Shown here: piece after piece, positions 28,694 through 36,094 of the stretch | Layout of the letters: each line of letters begins with the position of its first letter | Position numbering within the stretch: position 1 is the first letter of the stretch | Source: Candidatus Limnocylindria bacterium | GTDB taxonomy: Bacteria; Chloroflexota; Limnocylindria; Limnocylindrales; CSP1-4 | DNA length: 64,000 nucleotides | Assembly: GCA_035514295.1 (NCBI GenBank) | Contig: DATKBB010000021.1 | Location: 74,460-138,459, forward strand | Reading direction: 5' to 3' | Position numbers and translations under genes: made by a program | The notes under the pieces: model-generated | What the model was told of the DNA's origin: nothing | Databases searched by the model: none | The model's input: the letters and a program-made list of their open reading frames with translations, nothing else

Positions 28694-29665
28694 GGGCAGC
28701 CTCCTGTGCGCTCGACCCTCAGTGAGGAGACATTGGCCGAGATGCCCAGGTCGTGGCGGACGCTGGCCGCCTCGTAACCTGCGGTGCGCCAGACGTTGCC
28801 GCTGCGCGTCAGGCCGGCCTCCTCCAGGTTGGCCGAGCTGAGCGTGTCCGAGTAGCGGATCTGCAGCCCCGTCTCGGGCGCGCTGCACAGCTCGAGCGAC
28901 GACGCGTTGAGCGTGACGTTGGCGGCCAGCGAGCTGTCGGGCATGCGCAGCTCGCCTGACGACGCGTTCAGCGTCAGGCTGATGCCGCCGCTGGCAGAGG
29001 CCTCGGTCAGGTCGACGGAGGCGTCGCTGGCGTTGAAGGTGGCGCTGAGCGAGGCCAGGTCGCCCGGCCCCAGGTCCAGCTCGGCCGTCGAGGCGTTGAG
29101 CGTCAGCGACACTGCCAGGCGCTGCTCGGTGGGCAGCGTCAGGTCCACCATTCGCCTGGTCTGCGTGCCGAAGAAGAACGTGCCCGACGGGCTGCGCAGG
29201 CTGAGCCGGTCCGGCGACGCGTCGAGCCGCGGCCCACGGTCGTTGCTGAAGTCGGCCGCGACGCTCCAGCCGCCGCCGTCCTGGCGCCCGACGGACAGAT
29301 CCGTGCAGGTGAAGTCGAGGGTGACGCTGGCCGCCGGCCCGCTGAAGGGGCCGCTGCGCGTCTCGAGCGGCGCTGCGGACGTCGTGCCGCCCACGCAGGC
29401 GCCGCCGATGGAGCCCACTCCGCCGGCCAGCAGCGCGCCGGCCAGCAGGCCGGCCGTGCCGGCCGCTATCACTCCGCCCAGCGCGCCCAACGGCGTGAGC
29501 CGCAGGATGAGTCCCAAGCCGATGCCGATCAGGATGAGCGGCCAGAAGCGCAGCAGTTCCGCGGCGGAGGCACTGTCCAGGTAGCCCAGTTGGACGGCCA
29601 GCGGGACTGCGGCCAGGACGATCAGGAAGATCCCCCCAGTTGAGCAGTCCGCGATTGAACGTCAT
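28690..29665 (-). pseudogene. LiaF-like protein (LiaI/LiaF-type TM N-terminus + toastrack/DUF4097-like repeat domain), split by a frameshift in a G6 run (or sequencing error)
   Basis: ATG 29665 has GGAGA 6 nt upstream and encodes MTFNRGLLNWG. The frame then shifts at GGGGGG (plus-strand C run 29632-29637). The +1 frame continues as a membrane segment, IFLIVLAAVPLAVQLGYLD...LLRFWPLILIGIGLGLILRL..., into tracked ORF 28690..29517. That ORF carries repeats of the type LTLNASTAELDL / TFNASDASVDL / LTLNASSGELRM / VTLNASSLELC. Confidence 0.55.
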
Positions 29666-29783
29666 GCTGTCTCCGTGCTGACGGCCCGGATGCGCTGCGG
29701 CGCCCGTGACGGGGGCACGGCGAGCGATCGGCTCGACGAGAGCCGTGTCAATCCGTGCCCTTATTGTGACCCAAACGGCCGGC

Positions 29784-30206
29784 TCAGGCGTCCGTCGGCC
29801 GGTGCGCCAGGGCGCGCACCAGGTCGCTGGTCGAGACGATTCCCACCGGCCGCAGCTGGTCCTCGCCCACCACCACGAGGCGGTGCACGTGCGCGCTCTC
29901 CATCAACTGGGCGGCCTCCTCGATGGTCATCGAGCCGTCGGCCGTCAGCACCGGGGCATGCATCAGGTGACGGACGCGAAGGCCATGCCAGCGGCTCCAC
30001 AAGTGCGGGACGGCGCGCGCACGCACGACATCCGACTGGCTGATCACGCCGACCAGCAGGCCGTCCTCGTCCACCACTGGCAGGCCGCTCACCTCGTGCT
30101 CCTCGAGCAGGCGCACCGCGCTCTCGACCTCGGCGCCCTCACCGACCACGATCGGCTCAGGCGTCATGAGCTGGGCAACGGTGAGTGGCTCAGAGTTCGA
30201 GTTCAT
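29784..30206 (-). CDS. CBS-pair domain protein
   Basis: 140-aa ORF with two CBS repeats (VAQLMTPEPIVV...VSGLPVVDEDGLLVGVISQSDV and VRHLMHAPVLTADGSMTIEEAAQLM...VHRLVVVGEDQLRPVGIVSTSDL). Confidence 0.9.
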   Translation of the reverse strand: MNSNSEPLTVAQLMTPEPIVVGEGAEVESAVRLLEEHEVSGLPVVDEDGLLVGVISQSDVVRARAVPHLWSRWHGLRVRHLMHAPVLTADGSMTIEEAAQLMESAHVHRLVVVGEDQLRPVGIVSTSDLVRALAHRPTDA

Positions 30207-30356
30207 GCCTGCGACCTCCGCTTGTCGACCTCGAGCTTGGCAGGCACGTGCCGCGAGGGCAGGTGACAGGCGGTACCGAAAGGACGTGCCGTTCGGCCCT
30301 CCGCGGGGGGCGCTTCGGCGCTCGCCGTCCGGCGCGCCTCAACCTAGCGTGGCCGC

Positions 30357-30857
30357 ATGGCGAGCAAGCGCGCTCTGGTCAGCTACGTGGGCCCGGGTCT
30401 GCGCCTGCAGGCGGCCACCGGCTCGGGGCACGCGCTGATGTTCGACGACGTCGAAGGCGACGACGGCCCGCGGCCGATGGAGGTGCTGCTCGCCGCGCTC
30501 GGGGCATGCACGGCCATGGACGTGCTGTCGCTGCTCCGCAAGAAGCGGCAGGAGATTGGCAGCTACCGTGTTCGCCTGGAGGGCGAGCAGGCCACGGAGC
30601 ACCCGCACGTCCTGACGGGCGTGCGCGTGGTGCACGAGTTCGAGGGCGGGTCGCTCGATCCCGCCGCCGTGCGCCGCTCGATCGAGCTGTCGGCCGCCCG
30701 CTACTGCGCCATTTCGACCACGCTGGCCAGCGGAATCACCGGGGTGAGCCACTGGTACGTGTTGCGCGGCGAGGCGCCCGCCGACGACGAGGTGGGGGAG
30801 GTGCTGGTCAGCGGCCCGGGCCGCGTCCCCGCCGGCTCGGCGGAGCCTGTCGCCTAG
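30357..30857 (+). CDS. OsmC/Ohr-family peroxiredoxin-like protein
   Basis: 166-aa ORF with the two conserved Cys regions LAALGACTAMDV and SAARYCAISTTL. Confidence 0.85.
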   Translation: MASKRALVSYVGPGLRLQAATGSGHALMFDDVEGDDGPRPMEVLLAALGACTAMDVLSLLRKKRQEIGSYRVRLEGEQATEHPHVLTGVRVVHEFEGGSLDPAAVRRSIELSAARYCAISTTLASGITGVSHWYVLRGEAPADDEVGEVLVSGPGRVPAGSAEPVA

Positions 30858-32125
30858 AGCCAGCCCGCCTGGCGGGCCTGCTGCGCCAGCTCGTCGCGGA
30901 AGCGCGGGTCGGCGATGGAGACAAGCTGCCGGGCGCGCTCGGGGATGCTCCGGCCGTGCATCTCGGCCACGCCCCACTCGGTCACGATGGTCTCGACGTG
31001 GGCGCGCGTGGTCACCACGCCGGCGCCCTGGCGCAGGAAGGGCACGATGCGCGATACCGTCTCACCGGCGGCGGTGGAGGGCAGGGCGATGATGGCCCGC
31101 CCTTCCTCGGCCAGCGCCGCGCCGCGGATGAAGTCCATCTGGCCGCCCACGCCGCTGTACAGGCGCGGGCCGATGGAGTCGGCGCAGACCTGGCCGGTCA
31201 GGTCCACCTCGATGGCCGAGTTGATGGCCACCATCCGCCGGAAGCGGCGGATGACGGTCGTATCGTTGGTGTACTCCACCGGCCGCAGCTCGACCATCGG
31301 GTTGTCGTCGACCCAGCGGTAGAGCCGCTCCGAGCCGAGCATGAAGGTGGCCACGATCCGGCCGATGTTGATCTCCTTGGCCCGGCCGGTGATCACGCCG
31401 GCCTCGACGAGGTCGAGCACTACGTCGGTCATCATCTCGGTGTGGATGCCCAGGTCGCGCTTGTCGAGCAATGCCCTGGCCACCGCCGACGGGATGGCGC
31501 CGATGCCCATCTGGATGGTTGCGCCGTCGGGCACCAGCTCGGCGACGTGCCTGCCGATGCGCTCCTCCACGTCGGACACGCTGCCCAACTGGTGGGCGTA
31601 GGGCGGCACGTCCACCTCGACGGCCAGGTCGATGTCGTTGACGTGGATGAAGCTGTCGCCCAGCGTGCGCGGCATGGCGGCGTTGAGCTGGGCGATGACC
31701 GTCGTCGCGGCACGCACCGCCGAGGGCATGGCCACTACCGACGTGCCCAGCGAGCAGAAGCCGTGGCGGTCGGGCGGCGAGACGTTGACCAGCACCGCGT
31801 CGAGGGGCAGGATGCCCCGCCGGAAGAAGCTGGGAATGTCCGACAGGAAGGCCGGGATGTACTCGGCCCGGCCTTCGTTGACCGCCGCCCGGGCATTGGG
31901 GCCAATGAACAGCGCACGGTGGTAGAAGTGACCGGCCATCTCGGGGGCCAGGTGGGGACCGGGGCCCTCGATGTGCAGGTGCACCACCCGAACGTCACGC
32001 AGCTCCGGCGCGCGGGCGACCAGCGCGTCGAGCAGCACCGACGGCGCCGCCGCTGCGGCATGGACGTAGATCTGCTCGCCCGATTTGATCCCGCTGACCG
32101 CCTCGGCGGCGGAGACTGTGCGCAC
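30854..32125 (-). CDS. acetyl-CoA hydrolase/transferase family protein (4-hydroxybutyrate/acetate CoA-transferase-like)
   Basis: 423-aa ORF with family blocks ...MGIGAIPSAV..., ...SGVGGQMDFIRGA... and ...HYVVTEWGVAE-like HVETIVTEWGVAEMHG. Its stop overlaps the convergent OsmC stop by 4 nt. Confidence 0.88.
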   Translation of the reverse strand: MRTVSAAEAVSGIKSGEQIYVHAAAAAPSVLLDALVARAPELRDVRVVHLHIEGPGPHLAPEMAGHFYHRALFIGPNARAAVNEGRAEYIPAFLSDIPSFFRRGILPLDAVLVNVSPPDRHGFCSLGTSVVAMPSAVRAATTVIAQLNAAMPRTLGDSFIHVNDIDLAVEVDVPPYAHQLGSVSDVEERIGRHVAELVPDGATIQMGIGAIPSAVARALLDKRDLGIHTEMMTDVVLDLVEAGVITGRAKEINIGRIVATFMLGSERLYRWVDDNPMVELRPVEYTNDTTVIRRFRRMVAINSAIEVDLTGQVCADSIGPRLYSGVGGQMDFIRGAALAEEGRAIIALPSTAAGETVSRIVPFLRQGAGVVTTRAHVETIVTEWGVAEMHGRSIPERARQLVSIADPRFRDELAQQARQAGWL

Positions 32126-32134
32126 CCGCGGACC

Positions 32135-32581
32135 TTAGCGCGCCACGGCCGGCTGCTGCTCGGGCACGACGAGCACCGGTCGCCCGGCACCGGCGGCGAC
32201 CGCGTGTGACACCGAGCCCAGCAGGGCGGCACCAAGACGGCCACGCCGATGGGTGCCCATCACGATCAGGTCGTAGTCGCCGGCCTTGGCCAGTTCGACG
32301 ATGCGTTGGGCGGGGTCGCCCTCGAGCGATTCGAGCTCGGCGTGCTCGAAGCCTTCGCGCAGCGCGATCTGGTGAGCCTGCTCGAGGCTGTGTTCGGCCT
32401 CGGCCAGGCGCGGCAGCAGGCGATCGCTGTAATCGGGCTCGCCGAAGGCAGTCGAGGTGGCTCGGTGGACCGACACGAATGTAAGCGCGGCGCCCTCCGC
32501 GTTGGCCATCCGCGCCGCGACGCGCGCCGGCTCCATGGACGCCTCCGGCCCGCCGACCGCGACCAGAATCTTCTTGAACAT
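32135..32581 (-). CDS. universal stress protein (single domain)
   Basis: Start at ATG 32581 (MFKKILVAVGGPEAS...). The C-terminus is DLIVMGTHRRGRLGAALLGSVSHAVAAGAGRPVLVV. Confidence 0.85.
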   Translation of the reverse strand: MFKKILVAVGGPEASMEPARVAARMANAEGAALTFVSVHRATSTAFGEPDYSDRLLPRLAEAEHSLEQAHQIALREGFEHAELESLEGDPAQRIVELAKAGDYDLIVMGTHRRGRLGAALLGSVSHAVAAGAGRPVLVVPEQQPAVAR

Positions 32582-32780
32582 CGCGTTGCACCTGCCTTCA
32601 GTCCGGCTGATCGCGCCGGCTCTGTGGCCAAGCGTAAGGCGGCCGAATCGGCGGTTGACCTGCCAAAGGGGTGGATGCGACGAGCCGGACGGCAGGTCTC
32701 CCGGCCGTCCGGCTGTCACCGCTGGTGAAGCGCGGAGTCAGCGGCGCGTGCGGGCGCCGCGCTGGTTCAGGCGCCGGCCG

Positions 32781-34199
32781 TCAGTTGGCCGGGTCCCCGT
32801 CGCCCGCCTGGAAGATGCCCAGCGCGCCGCGACCGACGAAGTTGAAGGCGTGGGTGACCATGGGGTACAGGCCGTCCTCGGCGAGCACGAACTCGACGAT
32901 GGCGCCCTGTGCCGGCGCGAGGTCGACTGCCTGCGCGCCCCACCGGCCGGGGTTGTCCCGCTCCAGCTCGACACCTTCCTTGATCACGCGATCGAAGATC
33001 GTGCCGACGATGTGGAACGAGCTGTCGACGCTCGGCCCGGCGTTCAGCACGAACACGCGCACGCGCTCGCCGGTCGCGACCTCGATCGGCCCATCGGCGT
33101 ACTGGTTGGCGACGCCGTTGAAGACGACGAAGTCGGGCTCCGGCGCGGCCTTCATCGCCTTGGCCAGGTCGGTTGGCTGACCCTGCTGGCCGAGATACCA
33201 CTCGCTCTGCACGAAGGCGAACTCGTGCTCGACCGGATCGAGGCCGCCCTCGGGCTCGACGATGACCATGCCGTACATGCCATTGGCGATGTGGTGCAGC
33301 GCGGGGCTCGTGCCGCAGTGGTACATCCAGACGCCGGCGTGGTTGGCGACCCACTCGTAGATCAGCTCCTCGCCCGGATTGATCGAGCGCATCTCGTCGT
33401 TCCAGGCAACCATGCTCGAGTGGAAGTCGAGCGAGTGCGGCAGCTGGTTGTCGGGTGAGTTGACCAGCCGGACGCGGATGGTGTCGCCGACCTTCACGCG
33501 CAGGACGGGGCCGGGTACCTCGTCGCCGAACGTCCACACCTGCTGGACGTAGCCGGGCGCGACCGTCATCGGGCGCTCGGTCATGATCAGCTCGAGCTCA
33601 TGCAGCTCACCCTGGGCCAGCGCCGGCGCCGCCGGGTCGTAGCGCACCGGCGCAGGTGCGTCCGGATCCGGCTCGATTCCCGTCTCCGGCGGCGGGCCGC
33701 CGTGGTCGTCGGGATCGTGGCTGGGCGATGCGCCTGGCGCGGCGCCGCCCTCGACGCTGATCGCGCCGGTCATGCCGGCATCGGCGTGGCCGGGGATCGA
33801 GCAGATGAACTCGAGGCCCTCAGCCGGGATGGTCACTTCGCCGGAGGCCGTCTCCCCGCCCGCCGCGTAGATCACTGTTCCGTCTGGGAAGGCGATGTCG
33901 TGCGGGATCGCTCCGTCGTTGATCAGCACGACCTCGTACCGGCCGGGGGCGTCTACGCTCATGTCGGCCGGCTCGAAGCCCAGGTCGAAGCCCCGAAACT
34001 CGAGCCTGCCCATGAGCGAATCGTCGGGCTCGGCCACGGGTTGCTGCGGGCTGGCCGACTGCGCTGGCTGAGCCGGGGCCTCGGCCGGGGGATCGCCAAG
34101 CGGGGCATAGGTCCAGGTCGGCTGTGCGCTGGCCGCGCAGGCGCCGAACAACAGCGCCAGGCCGGCGAGCACGATCAGGGGGCGAGACAGCGGCTTCAT
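32781..34199 (-). CDS. nirK: copper-containing nitrite reductase NirK with N-terminal cupredoxin domain and lipoprotein-type signal peptide
   Basis: Start at ATG 34199 (MKPLSRPLIVLAGLALLFGAC...) with GGAGG upstream. The N-terminal type-1 Cu cupredoxin has ligands in ...PHDIAF... and ...FICSIPGHADAGM. The NirK core motifs are PHSLDFH, WMYHCGTSPALHHIANGMYG and the class-typical C-terminal domain. Confidence 0.85.
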   Translation of the reverse strand: MKPLSRPLIVLAGLALLFGACAASAQPTWTYAPLGDPPAEAPAQPAQSASPQQPVAEPDDSLMGRLEFRGFDLGFEPADMSVDAPGRYEVVLINDGAIPHDIAFPDGTVIYAAGGETASGEVTIPAEGLEFICSIPGHADAGMTGAISVEGGAAPGASPSHDPDDHGGPPPETGIEPDPDAPAPVRYDPAAPALAQGELHELELIMTERPMTVAPGYVQQVWTFGDEVPGPVLRVKVGDTIRVRLVNSPDNQLPHSLDFHSSMVAWNDEMRSINPGEELIYEWVANHAGVWMYHCGTSPALHHIANGMYGMVIVEPEGGLDPVEHEFAFVQSEWYLGQQGQPTDLAKAMKAAPEPDFVVFNGVANQYADGPIEVATGERVRVFVLNAGPSVDSSFHIVGTIFDRVIKEGVELERDNPGRWGAQAVDLAPAQGAIVEFVLAEDGLYPMVTHAFNFVGRGALGIFQAGDGDPAN

Positions 34200-34234
34200 T
34201 GGTGGTTGCCTCCGGCGGACTTCGAAACGAACAG

Positions 34235-34245
34235 TAAGTAACTTA
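34235..34245. promoter_or_regulatory. candidate Rrf2 operator (short palindrome in the only AT-rich patch of the nirK/rrf2 divergent region)
   Basis: TAAGT-A-ACTTA (34235-34245) lies within aacagtaagtaacttatagttctttgct, between nirK ATG 34199 and rrf2 ATG 34318. Confidence 0.3.
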
Positions 34246-34317
34246 TAGTTCTTTGCTGTGCCGGACATGTGCCGTTTGGCCCTATTCCGGGGGAACCTGC
34301 GCAGGGAGGCTGGCCGC

Positions 34318-34776
34318 ATGCGACTCGAGTTGACCCGCCGCGCCGATTACGCCGTGCGCGCCATGCTTGCCCTGGCGCGCCACGGCGACGGGCTGATCAG
34401 CGGATCGCGCCTGGCGGCGGAGGTGGCCATCCCGCCCCGTTTCGCAGCGCAGGTGATGGGCGACCTCGTTGCTGCCGGTCTGGTCGAGCCCAGGACCGGG
34501 CGCAACGGCGGCTACCGCCTTGCCCGTCCGGCGGGGACGATCAGCATGCTGGCCATCGTCGAAGCGGTCGAGGGTGACGCTCGGCGCCGGACGTGTGTCC
34601 TGCGCGGCGGCCCGTGCTCACGCGACGGGGTGTGTGATGTGCACGAGATCTTCAGCGCCGCACAGGATGCGCTGCTCGAGCGGCTGGCCGCGGCCAGCCT
34701 GACCGCTGCGCTCGAGCGCCGGCCGGCCGCCACCGCCGCCGAGCCGGGCGGGGCCGAAAGGCCGGCCGATGTGTGA
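34318..34776 (+). CDS. Rrf2-family transcriptional regulator (three-Cys, NsrR/IscR-like)
   Basis: Start at ATG 34318 (MRLELTRRADYAVRAMLALAR...), a winged-helix Rrf2 N-terminus. The Cys cluster is TCVLRGGPCSRDGVCDVH. It is divergent from nirK. Confidence 0.85.
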   Translation: MRLELTRRADYAVRAMLALARHGDGLISGSRLAAEVAIPPRFAAQVMGDLVAAGLVEPRTGRNGGYRLARPAGTISMLAIVEAVEGDARRRTCVLRGGPCSRDGVCDVHEIFSAAQDALLERLAAASLTAALERRPAATAAEPGGAERPADV

Positions 34777-34824
34777 CCAGCGGCACGTGCCCCAGATGTT
34801 CCGCGGTTGGACACTCGGAAGGCC

Positions 34825-35502
34825 ATGACGGGACCTTCTCTCGACCTACTCACCGGGCCGGCGCAGCCGGCGGTGAGCGTGCGTCGCGTGCGGCCGGCCG
34901 ACGGCCCGGAGCTGGCTGCCTTCTACGCGGCGCTCTCGCCGGAGAGCCGGCGGGCGCGCTTCCTGGGCTACTCCACGGGCATCGACGAGGAAATGTCGCA
35001 CTCCTTCTGCCGGCCGGACCACATGCACGCCGAAGGCTTCGTGGCCCGCCTTCCGGGCACCGCCGGCGAGGAGGGCCCGCTGGTGGGCCACCTCTGCCTG
35101 GAGCCGGCCGGGCCACGGCGCAGCGAGCTGGCCGTGGCCGTGGCAGACGACCAGCAGCACCGGGGCATAGGCCGGGCGCTGTTCGAGGCGGCGCTGGCGT
35201 GGGCCGAAGCACACGGCCAGCAGGCCATCCTGGCCAGCGCCTTCGCCGACAACGGCCGCGTGCTGCGGCTGCTCAGCTCCGCGCCGCACCCCTGTCGCAT
35301 CCTGCCCGCCGACGGCGGCGTGGTCGACGTGATCGTGCCGCTCGTGCTTGAGCTACCGCGCGACCTGACCGTCGTGGCCCCGCTGCGCCGGCGGCGCCGG
35401 CGGCTGGCCGGGACGCTCAGGCCCCGCTGCCACGCCGTTTGGCGACGAAGGCCGCCGCCTGCGCCCGCCGCTGGAGGTTCAGCTTCGAAAGAATCGAGCT
35501 GA
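34825..35502 (+). CDS. GNAT-family N-acetyltransferase
   Basis: Acetyl-CoA-binding block VADDQQHRGIGRALFEAALAWAE. I chose the start at ATG 34825; the track uses TTG 34807. The Arg/Pro-rich tail runs 86 nt into the convergent response-regulator gene. Confidence 0.7.
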   Translation: MTGPSLDLLTGPAQPAVSVRRVRPADGPELAAFYAALSPESRRARFLGYSTGIDEEMSHSFCRPDHMHAEGFVARLPGTAGEEGPLVGHLCLEPAGPRRSELAVAVADDQQHRGIGRALFEAALAWAEAHGQQAILASAFADNGRVLRLLSSAPHPCRILPADGGVVDVIVPLVLELPRDLTVVAPLRRRRRRLAGTLRPRCHAVWRRRPPPAPAAGGSASKESS

Positions 35503-36094
35503 CGTAGTTCTTGACGGTCTTGTCGGAAAGGAAGACCTCCGCCGCGATCTCCTTATTGGTCTTGCCCTCGGCCACCAGCAATAAGATCTTCTGCTCCTGG
35601 GCGGTGAGCTGGGCAAGCTCGTCCGTCGCGCCGCTGGTTGCGATGCGGCGCATGCGCTCGAGGACCTTCTCGGTGACGGCGGGATCGAGCAGCGACTCGC
35701 CCCTGCCGACCGATTCCAGGGCAGCCACCAGGTCGCGCGCCCGGACCTGCTTGAGCAGGTAGCCGCTGGCCCCGGCGATGATCGCCGAGAAGACGGCCTC
35801 CTCATCGGGGTAGCTGGTCAGGATGACGACGCGCGTGTCGGGCAGCTCGGCCCGGATCTCGCGGCAGGCCTCGATGCCCGAGCCGTCGGGCAGGCGAACG
35901 TCCATGATCACCAGGTCGGGCTTGAATCGGTGGGCCATCTCGAGGGCCTCGGCGACGTTGCCGGCCTCGGCCACCACCTGGAAGTTGGGCCGGCGCCCCA
36001 ACAGCGCGACGAGGCCCTGGCGGACTACCTCGTGATCGTCGACGACCAGCAGCCGCAGCTGGCGCTGGGCCGGGCTCTTCTCAGTCGCCATCAC
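35417..36094 (-). CDS. NarL/LuxR-family response regulator
   Basis: The receiver domain has LRLLVVDDHEVVRQGL and DLVIMDVRLPDGSG. The C-terminal LuxR HTH is LTAQEQKILLLVAEGKTNKEIAAEVFLSDKTVKNYVSSILSKL. Confidence 0.92.
   Translation of the reverse strand: MMATEKSPAQRQLRLLVVDDHEVVRQGLVALLGRRPNFQVVAEAGNVAEALEMAHRFKPDLVIMDVRLPDGSGIEACREIRAELPDTRVVILTSYPDEEAVFSAIIAGASGYLLKQVRARDLVAALESVGRGESLLDPAVTEKVLERMRRIATSGATDELAQLTAQEQKILLLVAEGKTNKEIAAEVFLSDKTVKNYVSSILSKLNLQRRAQAAAFVAKRRGSGA

Noticed and set aside
28541-29665. Tracked 374-aa ORF as a single protein.
   Set aside because: Only its last 50 codons (the PspC domain) look real. The upstream part is a Gly/Arg/Pro/Ala-rich out-of-frame reading of the LiaF-like gene, apart from the first 11 codons, which belong to that gene before the G6 frameshift.
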